Source: Amoebidium appalachense
Taxonomy: Eukaryota; Protista; Ichthyosporea
Reading direction: 5' to 3'
NCBI GenBank assembly: GCA_963693365.1
Contig: CAVNZM010000003.1
Coordinates: 1,886,768-1,950,767, forward strand
Length of the DNA: 64,000 nt
A program made the position numbers and the translations under genes. A model generated the notes under the pieces. That model was not told the origin of the DNA and did not search any database. It was given only the letters and a program-made list of their open reading frames with translations. This document shows, piece after piece, positions 23,021-64,000 of this stretch (the stretch's first letter is position 1; every line of letters begins with the position of its first letter).

Positions 23021-23299
23021 TTTCTCTTTTTTTTAGTGTGTGTAAATATGTAAGAGAGAAATGGGTGGGATGAAAAATGTTCTTAATCCATGGGTGTGGT
23101 GTAAATGTCCTATGATGTGTGGTGCAAGGATGGCGTCGTATTCTATACGACTTGGGTTTAGTGACGCAGAATCTTGAAGTCTAATTTCAAATGATATAAT
23201 CATAATAGTCTGGTGGCATGGTAATGGATATACCGCCGAGGGGCTATGGTATAGTCTGAATATATACGAACTCTGCGCTGTGGCAAGCTGCACATTTAA

Positions 23300-23335
<36 letters not shown>

Positions 23336-23336
23336 C

Positions 23337-23385
<49 letters not shown>

Positions 23386-23386
23386 C

Positions 23387-23451
<65 letters not shown>

Positions 23452-25805
23452 GCGTGTGTGTGTGTGTGTCAGGCCCGACTTCACGCAGTTTGTTTCAAGT
23501 AGACTAGTGGGGTAGGAGGCACTTCCGGTGTTTGGCGGATTTTCTCGTGTCTGTAACCGTAGATTGACAAATATACGTCTGTCTTTTTCCGCTTGTATGT
23601 TTGCTGGTGTATACGTAGTAGAGTATTGTGGGTGTAATGTTTTTATTACAGCCGGGCTACACGTACTGGCAAAAGAGTTCTAACTGAACACCAAATACAT
23701 CACCAAATTTGATTAGTGTTTCTTGACTAGTTGTACAACATGTGTGCATGAAGTTATTTGCATTTGACGAAGCCTGAGACGTCGAGGTTACATTTTTTTT
23801 CTTCAAATGCAGGTGAATGGGGTCCGGATACACAACAATAGTTTGATACATAAGTAGGTCAAATAATGCGTTTGTGTGTGTGGTGTCATAATAAAAATAT
23901 CGTTTTCTTCTGCCCGTGATATAACCTTTCCATGTAAGTATTCTGTACAGAGCCTCCACAATTGGTCAACTTGCTGGCAGATAACGGTGCAGAAATGTGT
24001 GTGTTGGTTGCACGGTGTGTTCCCTTCTCATTTGCTGCCAAACGAGTTGATTCAACCACTATATAATGAAGAGCTCGAGGTAGCACACTTGGAACAAAAA
24101 AACGAATGATCAGTGGAGATCAAAAGTGCAAACAGTACTTTTGTGCCGCGCGCGAAAAAAACGCCCTAGCTTCCATGTGAATGATGTCGACAGGTCAATT
24201 ATAGACCTAAATATAAAACCTTAGTTCTTGCCTTCTTTCGTTTTCCTTTCGCGCAAAGTGACCTTCTGAACTGTGGGAAAAGTCACCCGGGCGGCCTTTT
24301 GTACAAATTCGCAATTAGTGATCACGTGTGCACAGCCATTTTTCACGAACCTGTGAACGAGCACATGTATAGTAGTCACTTGTGTGCAAACGGTACATCC
24401 CGTGCGCGTACGCGTGCTGTTGGCATAATGCGGGCGCGCGCGTACGGAGTACGTGCGCAGGTCAAGTCAGTGTAACTGTGTGTACGTGACCGGGTACTAC
24501 ACGAAAGTGGTCCATATATTACTGGTGCTTTAGAAGACCAGAAAACATGGTGTCACACACGGCGAACTCTCGAGCTCGAGCTCATTAGCTGCCCATACGC
24601 CATGGTCTTGCATGGCCCTATACTGAGGTGTCAGTAAACATGTGATAGGGCAGAGAGAGTATCATCAGAGTATGGCGTACCGTACGTATGCATCATGACG
24701 GCGTACGTGTGCACGCTCCGACACCATGATGATAATCTTTATCGTTGCAAGCAAGATTTAATTGGTGATGATTTACTATGAACTTCAGTGAACTGTTTTG
24801 GAGGGAAGAAATAAGAAATACATAGCGTGTTCATATCGGTTCACTGACATGTGTGACTATATTTGGAACTACTCCGTAGATCATCCTGAGCCTGCGCCAA
24901 GGAATTGTTCTTCCACAAGTGCAACGGCTATTTCTGAATACCTACTGTACCGCCCTATTTGACTAGCTGTGGGAATGTCACGACGGTCCTATATTGCCTA
25001 TACAGTGTAGCGTCACAAGTGGACATGCATGTACAATGACAATGCATATGCATGCCCAGAGGAATGCACTTCTACTGCTGAGTCCGCAGGAAACGACAGC
25101 TGACAATGACGCGACCAGCAGACTTTAATAAAAATGGGAAAACGAACAAAATAACGTATTTTATTTATTTGTTTCAGTCAAAGTCCAACAAGTACCCTAT
25201 ATAGGTCTTTTGCTTCTTCGCAGCACAGAGTTGTAGGTTGGGAATGGGATCGTGTCAGGCCGCGGCGAGTGCGGCGGCTGGGTGACTCACTCAGACTCAC
25301 GCCTCAGGCTCTCAGCCGGCGCCCGCAGCCGGCGCCCGGGCGCCTGGCTGTGCCACTGTGGTGAGCTATTATCCAATCACAGTAGGTCTTTCGATTGTAG
25401 AGGATGCGACATGGAGCAAGTTGATTGGGTAAAAGATCTAAATTCTTATTGGTATTGCTATTGGCATCTAGATCAGCTGACATTTTTCGAATCTACATGC
25501 TCTGTGGCACTAAACACACATTCCAAACTCCATGTAATACATGTAGATCGCCTCAATCGCATACCATGCGGTAAACAAATTTTTCAGAGAGATATCTTGC
25601 AGCGTGAAGTTGATGGCGCAACTTCTGATGGCGTACATATGCATCATCGATGATGGTTGACTGCGCACTCCGTGCATGGCGCGTTCTAGAGGATGTAGAT
25701 ACCATGAATATTGCATGCCTATATTCCTACATTTTTTGTTGTATTATAAAAACGTTCTTATCATACAGTCAGGAACTATCATATAAATTATCACTAGAAA
25801 TCATT

Positions 25806-25844
25806 CAGAGCCCCCCTCCCCCCCCCCCCCCCCCCCCCCCCCCG

Positions 25845-25894
<50 letters not shown>

Positions 25895-26051
25895 CCCCTC
25901 GCGCGAGATTAATGGTAGGGCCTTTCCTCAGTTTCCTGTCTAACTTCGAAGCGTCCAGCCCGGGCCCGGAAGCAAGCACTTGTAATCAAACATCACCGGT
26001 ACGTCTAAAGGAGGAGCTCGAGGTGTACATGTACACGTGTGCACGTGCGCT

Positions 26052-26092
<41 letters not shown>

Positions 26093-26195
26093 TGCACACA
26101 CGCTAACTTGTACTTAGGTTGAATTTTTTTTTTTTTTTTTTACAAAACCGAGCAAGGCATGTGCATTGGGCCGAAAAGGGGCCCGGTGTCATGGT

Positions 26196-26226
<31 letters not shown>

Positions 26227-26696
26227 GGGGGGGGAAGAAGGGATTCTGGATTCGAGGTGCAAAGTTGGCAATGGCCATGGGGCTGGAGCCGGGGAAAAGG
26301 GGTGAGGGGTGCACGGTCTGGCGGAAGGAGCGCCCCCGGGGGGGGAGGGGGGGGGGGGGGGGGGGGGGGGGGTAGGGAGGGGGAGGGAGGGACGAAGGAA
26401 GCATTAGTATACGTAGGGACGGAGGGCGTCCCGGAGGTGATAAGTTCGGCCAGCATATATTCCCCCCCTACCCCACCCTCTCCACCCACGGCCCTCTAGA
26501 TCTGAACACACGAATGTTTTTGTTATTTTATTGTTTTACGGTTAGTGTGCCGTACGGGTGCGGCCTTGTTTCAGTCGAACTGAATAAAGGGAAACTCTTA
26601 TCATCTGCATGATTCAGACCAGGAACTGTTGAACTTCAAACTGAGTGAGTAACATTAATCGCCGGCGCCAAGGCCGTGTACACAAGTCAGAGGGCC

Positions 26697-26732
<36 letters not shown>

Positions 26733-26882
26733 TTCTCCTTCCGGATCCCCCTCCCACCTCGATCGAGCTCTTCCGCCCCCGCCAACCCTACCCCCCCCCC
26801 CCCCCTCCCCCCCTTCCCCCTCTCCAAAGTTTCCCTGACCCGCCTCGCTTCTGATCCACCCCTCACCAAACACGTTTCGTCG

Positions 26883-26928
<46 letters not shown>

Positions 26929-27446
26929 AGGCCCTCGCGAGATTGGGTGGGGCTGCGGCCTTCCCGGCGTTCCCGTCCGGCCGGGGCCCGGGATCGGAGA
27001 AATCACTTGTACATGTCATCTCTTTCAGACATCACCGGTACATGTATTATATAAAGGGAGGAGCTCGAGGTGTACACACGTGTGCGCGGGCCACGTATTA
27101 TCAGGCATATGCATTGGGCCGAAGGGGGGCACGGTGCCCACGGGGTGGGGTGGGTGGGGCCGGTGTGTGTGTGTGTGTGTGGGGGGGAGGGGGGGGGGGG
27201 GAGGGGGGGGGAGGAGAAATGGGATTCTGAATTCGAGGTGCAAAGTTGGCAATGAGGCTGGAGGCGAGGAAAGGGAGTGAGGGGTGCACGTTTCGGTGGA
27301 AGGAGCGCCCCGGGGGGGGGGGGAGGGGCGAAGGAAGGCCCTGGGACGGACGGCCCGTCCCGGAGGTGATAAGTTCGGCCAGCATATCCCCCCCCCCCCC
27401 CCCCCTCCCCCTCCCACCTCAAGCTCTTCCACCCCCGCCAACCCCG

Positions 27447-27477
<31 letters not shown>

Positions 27478-27537
27478 TTTCCCGCCTCGCAGCCATGCTT
27501 CGAATCCACCCCTCACCAAACACGTTTCGTCGGCATC

Positions 27538-27540
<3 letters not shown>
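25806..27540. repeat. Cluster of degenerate tandem copies of a GC-rich non-coding element (possible non-autonomous DNA transposon)
   Basis: Block A (~25892-26460) matches 26929-27388 (CATCACCGGTAC, GGAGCTCGAGGTGTACA, GGGATTCTG.ATTCGAGGTGCAAAGTTGGCAATG, CCGGAGGTGATAAGTTCGGCCAGCATAT). Block B (26750-26885) matches 27410-27535. CACGGCCCTCT (26487-26497) is the inverse of AGAGGGCCGTG (26689-26699). Confidence 0.7.
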
Positions 27541-27569
<29 letters not shown>

Positions 27570-28328
27570 ACCCCAGTGCACACACACAGACGATGCTGGC
27601 CGCACCGTCCATGCACATGCACAATGTCATGCAAAAACACACAACACACACACATTGTCATAGTATTCATCGCTTAATTGTTCGCAACATACACTTATAA
27701 AACACGTAACAGTCGGTGTTAAAGCGCATTTATTGAATATCTACACATGGTACGTACCATTATTATACACGAAGGAACGATGTCTATTTTTCAAGGCATC
27801 GATCCTCTTTATTTTCGGTTTTGAACTGGAGACATTCATGACGCATAGTCAAGCCGTATCATCACCTTCAGTAGCTCCATGCAATTCGAGGATTTATCAT
27901 AATAAGGTATTTATATATAAGGGACCAAAAATATACGGTGCTAGGTAGTGAAGCTGTTTCCATACTTTCTGTCTGGTAAAAAAGAGGTTGCAATTGTGTC
28001 ACCATTTGCCGCTACTGTAGATATTTATAGACTGACAATTTCGCAAGTGTCATAGGTTGTACCATTAGATTGTATCAAAAAAGCAATAAAGTTTTTGCAC
28101 AAACCATCCATCCACCAAGTTCCTTTCCTAAAGATTATAATCCATCTTGTATGACCCAGAGAATAAAAAAATAGGGAAACGCCAAGTGTGTGTGTGTGGC
28201 GTGGTGTTTGTGAGTGTGAGTGTTAGTGTGAGTGCAAGTGCAAGTGCAAGTGCGAGTGTGACTGTGTGTGTGTGTGTGTGTGAGTGGTTATGATTGTGCC
28301 GGCATCCGGCGCGGGCGCTGTGTGTGCC

Positions 28329-28406
<78 letters not shown>

Positions 28407-28462
28407 TGGATATATATGTGTGTGCGTGTGCGTGTGCCTACACCAGATAATATGAAAATGTG

Positions 28463-28555
<93 letters not shown>

Positions 28556-28590
28556 GTGTGTATGTGTATGTGTATGTATGTATGTAAGTA

Positions 28591-28644
<54 letters not shown>

Positions 28645-28803
28645 CGCGGCTTGGGGTGTGCGTGTGTGTCTGCTATGCGCATGGGTTGAGGGGGAGGGTA
28701 GGCACATAAGGGTGTGTGCGCGGGCGGTGTGCGGTGTGTGTGTGTGTGTCTGTATGCGCACGCGTTGAGGGGGATGGTAGGTATATAAGGAAGACAGTGG
28801 CAC

Positions 28804-51775
<22,972 letters not shown>

Positions 51776-51780
51776 TGAGT

Positions 51781-51919
<139 letters not shown>

Positions 51920-51925
51920 GCGCGC

Positions 51926-52020
<95 letters not shown>

Positions 52021-52211
52021 AGGGAGGGTGTATGCCCCTATTTATTGTTGCTGAGTGTTTTCGCTTGAATATTTGTGGAGAGTCGTCAAGGAGTATGCAA
52101 GATTGTTTGTTTGTGCCCTAAAGCACAAAAAAAAACGAGGAAATAACATGGAAGGATGCAATATATCACAGTTTGTGTGTGTGTGTGCATGTGCTCATGC
52201 TCGTTTGTGCT

Positions 52212-52296
<85 letters not shown>

Positions 52297-54017
52297 ATGT
52301 GTGTATGAGCGTACGGTTTTTTTTTAAAGGTTTTCTAATAAGCCCAACCTGCCTAAAACCAATGCGTATTGAAAATGTGAAAAAAAACGACTTGCTGCCC
52401 CTTGAGGCAAAACCATTCAGCGAGATTCCCTTATATCTATATCACAATTCACACTCCTGTTTAAATTCGCCCCTCCCCTCATAGTTCTCTCGTTTCCAAC
52501 CACTACCACCCCCCTCCCCCCTCCCCCTCCCCCTCCCCCCTCCCCACACACACAAACACACACACACACACACACACATATATAGATGCACACGCGCACA
52601 CAAGCACAATAAGGCTTTTGCATTTCTCCCTACCAGTACCTGTTTACCTACCCAACAGCTGAGCCATTCTCCCATCCAGCATCTCCCACTCCTTCTCACT
52701 TTCCTCTACCGTTCATGAACGGACCCGACACAAACATTTCGGGCTCACGCACAGCAGACTCACTTACCCCAGTTCATGTGTTCATCCTTTAAGAAAAGCA
52801 GAGGGAAAAACTGACCTTCCCAGGGGCATCTCCCCTCTCCTCCCCCCTCCCCTTCCCCCCTCACCCCCACCCTCACCCCCCTCCCCCCGCTCTCCCTTCT
52901 CCTTCCCACCTAGCCTAAACACACGCAAACACCCCGCAAAAAGGCTGAAATACCAACAAAAATAGCGGAAAGAAAACTAGAAAACGGTGCTGGCATGAAA
53001 TGAAACCCTACCTGTCATCGGCGGCAACGTGTGCTGTCAAAAGGAAGACACGAAGCATCGGGTCATGGGTTTTTGATGGTTGTTCGTGCCGAACTGAAAC
53101 CGAAGCATTGAAAATTCTCGCAATCGATGTAACGGTCAACCTTAGTTTCAAGTAAACAGCGTAAACCCCCTTTCTAGTATCTGGCTTAAAATATTCACCT
53201 AGCCATACAAGAATAACCTTGTTGTTTTTTTTTTGTTTTCACAGACGCTTATGCAGAATCACATGGTGCCCGACTCTGATCAACATGTGGTGCTTGCACT
53301 GCGTGAAAAGAGGTCTGGAGCCATGGCCGCTGCAGCTATATGGTGTAAAGTGTCTTGTTGTGTGGCCTGTTCAGTTCAATTGACCCCCCAGTATCAAGTA
53401 TTGCTCATCCTATCCTAACATAAATTTGTGGATATGCACGGCTACACTGTCAAACTGTTGAAGCTCGCAAGGCAGGAAACTTCACAACGGTCGTAACAGC
53501 TATGGTTGCGCTTCTTCGTTTGCGTAATCAACTTCAAGAGTCGCACGAAAAAAACGAAAAATATTCGTGATCACCAGCACTTGAACACAAGGTAGAGAAA
53601 TAAATATAAAAAAGGAATACCTACTATTCGTGACCACCAGCACTTGAACAAAAGGTAGAGAAATAAAAAAAAAGGTAGGAATATAGCTAAGAGAAACAAG
53701 GAAATTGAGGAGAAAACAATGCAAACATATATCAGTGCGGAAGGGAGCGCGAACGGCCACGAGCACGCGCTCACCTGCACCGAAAACGCGTGCATTTCAC
53801 GTTGCACAAAATCAATCGCACAGCCCACATAAATAGGGCACACGAACGCATGTTCACACCCTCGTGCAGAGTTAACGTACCAATCTAACGCAGGCACGCA
53901 CGCACGTACACGTACACACGTTCGTATACAGTGACAAACACATGCACGCTCGTTTAAACTCGCACGTACATACCAACACACATGCTCACACGCTCACACA
54001 CACGCACACGCACACAC

Positions 54018-54083
<66 letters not shown>

Positions 54084-54158
54084 GGCTCTAACTTTAACCT
54101 CAAGCATACGAATGTGCACCATTACAGTAACTGCACCTGCTACATTATCACTGCCACA

Positions 54159-55108
54159 ATGTCTGAGACAGACGCGGACCTAGATAGCCAAAGACGTTAC
54201 TTTGCCGACCGAGCCACCCTGCTACACAACATGCTGGTGGACCTGATAGACGCATGTGAGAGAGAAAAGAGTGTCTCCTGGGCCATAAAGCTACGAATGC
54301 AGGTAGGATATATTCACCCATTTTCACCCATCCAGCTTTGACGGGCGATAGAGGGTACGTGTATAGAGAGGGTGTGTTCTCTCTGTCTTTCTTTCTTTTT
54401 TTTCGGAGGTGGGAGGGGGGAGGGGGGCGGGATGGGATTTAAGCTCATGGTTTTTAGTATTTACTGGAAATCGAATGCCTAGGATCTGGAGCTCTCAAGA
54501 CTTGAACTGGAAGCCAAGAAGAAAAGGAGACAGGAAGGTGCCAGCCCCGCCCCCCCCCCCCCCCCCCCCCCCCCCCCTTCCGCTGGGCCTACATCTTCAC
54601 TTCCTCTCTTCCTTCCTCCGTCTCTCTCCGCCCCTCTCCTCTCTCTCTCGGTTCCCCCCTTCCCCTTCCCCTCCCCCTCCTTTCCCTTTCTCCCAAACCC
54701 TCACTCCCTTCCTCAACCCTTCGCCCCTCCCCCTCCCCCCTCCCCCCTTTCCCCTCCTCCTCTTGTTCACTCCCACCGCTTTGCTTGTGTTGTGCTTTGT
54801 GTTCCCTTTGTGCCACTTGCACCCCTCTCCAGTCCTTGCTCTACTTGTACTTGCTGTTAATCACACATCAAAACGCATCCAAAATATGAAAATGGGTGTT
54901 GAGAAGAAAAATGAGAGTTGAAAAAACCGAATAAAACCTTTTCTCCACAGCACATATGGCCACTCAAGTGCAGGGAACAACAGACACCTTCCACCAAGAG
55001 TTGGATAACAGCGAGGATGTACCAAGAGATATACCGGATATTCCCCCCACAGGCGAGGAGAGGAACAGAGTTCGTGTGTTTGAAGAAAGCCTGAATTCCG
55101 ATAGATAA
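54159..55108 (+). CDS. Small hypothetical protein (118 aa, coiled-coil-like)
   Basis: Exons 54159-54302 (MSETDADLDSQRRYF..LRMQ), 54483-54537 (DLELSRLELEAKKKRRQE) and 54951-55108 (..VFEESLNSDR*). GT-AG sites, phase-consistent. No family recognised. Confidence 0.6.
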
Positions 55109-55546
55109 ATCTATCATGATATAGGAAAAGGTGTATGACTGTTTGTGACTTGAATATGTGTGAATGAAAGATGGTTGTACTTTTCCCTTTTGATAACTGA
55201 ATACACCGCGGAATTTCACGTAATCATTTGTATTTTTTCACTACAGTCATGCTCAGCCTCGTATACAAGGTATTAGTAGCCATCCTGAAATTGTATACGG
55301 CCTTACACCGTGTCAGAAAATAAAAATAAATATCCAGTCGTTATTTGCGTTATGTAGTCATGACTTGTCCTCTTGTCCTGTTTTAGCACTCGTCCGGTTG
55401 TGCATGCCCTGAGTGAAACCCTCCTTCCCCGCTTCCCCCACCACCCCCGGCCTCCCCGACCTCCCCCTCCTCTCGGGAGGCCCCCCGGCCCAGGACGTGT
55501 ACACACGTACACAAACGCGCACACGCACACGCACACGCACGCACAC

Positions 55547-55606
<60 letters not shown>

Positions 55607-56511
55607 ACACACACATGCACACACGTATAAACACACAAACAGACTGCCTACGTCGCCACACACACACGCACACAAATTTACACGCACGTGCACAAAAGCA
55701 CTTGCCAGTCTGGGAGAACCTGAGCCAAGCCTCCACCGAATTTGCAATGCATAATGCGTTCTTGTCCAGTGAGTTTGCCGGCCAAGGCTCAAGTGCAAGT
55801 CGCCTTGTTTGTGAGTGCCGGCCGCGGACCTCAAACCGTTCTTCCCTTAATATTATGGCTAAAAATCCCTCATCTCATTCCATTCCAGAAACCTTTGTCT
55901 CATTCCATTCCAGAAACCATTCATTGCAAATCACAGTGTTCGAAATCTTGCTCGGCGTACCCACGCCCCACGGTCCACGGCCCACGGCCAAGTTGAGCCT
56001 GTGCTTTCGGATCTATTTGTAATCGGCTATGAATGATTGGCAAATAGATTAATGCGATCTTTTGGGCCAATGAGCACTTGGTTTTTTCCGATTACAAGCG
56101 ATCCCAGAACTTTCCTGACGAGACTTGAAGGAGTACTCCTTCCAGAGCTATAGCATCTTTTCGTAGCTATGTAGACGCTCTTCCGGCAGAGACCCCCCAC
56201 TTGGCGGGGTTCTCTGTGATAGATTTTCTCTTAAATTCTGCTAAGTTTGATTTAGTAGTTTTAGCTCTGTCGTTCTTATCTAGCCTTCCACCAGTGTGAG
56301 TTATGTGTGTGTATATATATATCCTGTAAACCCGGTGTATGTATAACTCGGGGCGCCTGCGGCGCCCCTCGTCTAGTGTGTGGCCGTGCTGGAAAATGGG
56401 AGTAAGCCACACATGCGGCAGACGAGGGGCTGTGCTCTCAACATATCTCAAAATATAGACCGTGTAAACCAACCTTGAAGGCCGCAACTTTTTTGTAGCT
56501 GCCGCAACTTC

Positions 56512-56623
56512 CAGAGGCCGTCCGCTCTTAAGATCCTACGCTTTTAGGGGGGTGGGGACGCAATCTTATTTTCAACTAGAGGGCCAAATTTTGGTCGTGT
56601 CCATAATCTTGGTGGGGGAGGCC

Positions 56624-56682
<59 letters not shown>

Positions 56683-56752
56683 ACAGGGGGAGGAGGGGCT
56701 TAGCTAATCATTGCAACTGGAAGGGGTGGTAACGGATCCGCTTGATGGTGGT

Positions 56753-56784
<32 letters not shown>

Positions 56785-56910
56785 AGGAGGGGGGACGGTA
56801 CCGGTAGCCGTAATAAGAGGTGGGGGGGGAGGGGGGGGGGCCTGTAACCGTAAACATTAGGGGGGGGGGGGTCTACCAGAATGAGGCTGTGTATGTGCGC
56901 GCCTGCATCA

Positions 56911-56946
<36 letters not shown>

Positions 56947-57025
56947 CGTATGTACATGTGTGTGTGTGTGTGTGTATGTTTGCGTGCGCGCGTGTGTGTT
57001 CATGGGTGTAGTGTGTAGTATGTGT

Positions 57026-57068
<43 letters not shown>

Positions 57069-57414
57069 ACACGCGCACGATTGCGCGTGTGTCACGGTTT
57101 GTGTGGGTTAGTTAGGAGTGATCGGACGGGGCCCCTGAGGAGGAGGAGGAGGGGGGGGAGGGGGGGGGTCGCAAAATCGCAAACGTAATGTGAAGCCTAA
57201 AACAAAATGCCGAAAAAGCCATTTTGGGGGAACCATCAAGGTGTCATACAGCTTGAAAATATGCCCCCCGTACCTCCAAGCGATAAGATCATGACGGCCC
57301 TGTGTTCAGAGGGCCGTGGATAAGATTGTCCCGAAAATAGGCCCATCGGCATTGGGCAAAGTCAACGTCGACAGAATCTTGTTGGCGGACAATCTTAAGG
57401 GCGGACGACCTCTG
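56512..57414. mobile_element. Non-autonomous TIR element (~900 bp)
   Basis: 23-bp TIRs CAGAGGCCGTCCGCTCTTAAGAT / ATCTTAAGGGCGGACGACCTCTG (2 mismatches) and a subterminal inverted repeat CAATCTTAT / ATAAGATTG. No TSD recognised. Confidence 0.75.
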
Positions 57415-57509
57415 TAGACTGACTGATCATGAAGGAGGATCACACAAGTAGCGTTTGTTTTCTGAGCACAGGTGTCCAGCTGTTACTTGTAGCTGCCCGG
57501 AAAGAAGTT

Positions 57510-63691
<6,182 letters not shown>

Positions 63692-63733
63692 GTATAGCCC
63701 CCCCTCCCCCTCCCCCCACCCCCACCCCCCCAC

Positions 63734-63799
<66 letters not shown>

Positions 63800-63836
63800 C
63801 GCATACGATCATTTATGGTTCATTGTATCGGGTAAG

Positions 63837-63879
<43 letters not shown>

Positions 63880-64000
63880 AAAAAAGAGAGAGAGAGAGAG
63901 AGGGAGAGGGAGAGAGAGGGAGAGAGAGAATGAGAGGGGGGGGGGAGGGGGAGAGAGAGAGAGGAGAGAAAAATAAAAGAGAGAATGAGAGGGGGGGGGG

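Noticed and set aside
23650-25800. Degenerate transposase or gene in the repeat-free intergenic stretch
   Set aside because: Only short ORFs, with no recognisable motif and no consistent exon chain. A translated search would be needed.
52330-53060. Upstream exons of the SPOC-MORC gene (e.g. EESEKEWEMLDGRMAQLL)
   Set aside because: Candidate splice sites exist, but I could not build an unambiguous phase-consistent chain, so they were left unannotated.
56017-56097. 10-bp inverted repeat TTGTAATCGG/CCGATTACAA with CCAAT-like words, loosely similar to 19730-19860
   Set aside because: Too short and degenerate to call an element or a promoter.

Overview
Eukaryotic nuclear DNA from an intron-rich genome. 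The introns are packed with (CA)n/(GT)n, (GA)n/(CT)n and long poly-C/poly-G tracts, and these explain nearly all of the low-complexity six-frame ORFs. The gene content fits an opisthokont or unicellular holozoan, but that is inference only. I spliced exons by hand using GT-AG sites and phase checks and recover seven genes: (1) a partial PWI-domain (Nab2/ZC3H14/RBM26-type) gene on the minus strand; (2) a ZDHHC3/7-like palmitoyltransferase whose catalytic Cys codon is completed by an 8-nt microexon; (3) an intronless CDK9/CDK12-family kinase; (4) a cAMP-receptor-like GPCR; (5) a 25-exon gene of about 966 aa; (6) a small hypothetical protein; (7) CARNMT1, which runs off the 3' end. Gene 5 is the main discovery. 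It joins an N-terminal SPOC-like domain, Y-x-P heptads, a MORC GHKL-S5 ATPase, a CW zinc finger, a probable inactive ADP-ribosyltransferase-like domain and a C-terminal NLS, which resembles a single-chain version of the TASOR+MORC2 (HUSH) silencing module. Other notable signals are a dispersed, sense-oriented intronic element with a covarying pseudoknot and a poly-C tail, acceptors preceded by (CA)n or poly-C instead of U-rich tracts, and repeated local duplications of splice junctions. All domain calls come from motif recognition by eye; no database was searched.
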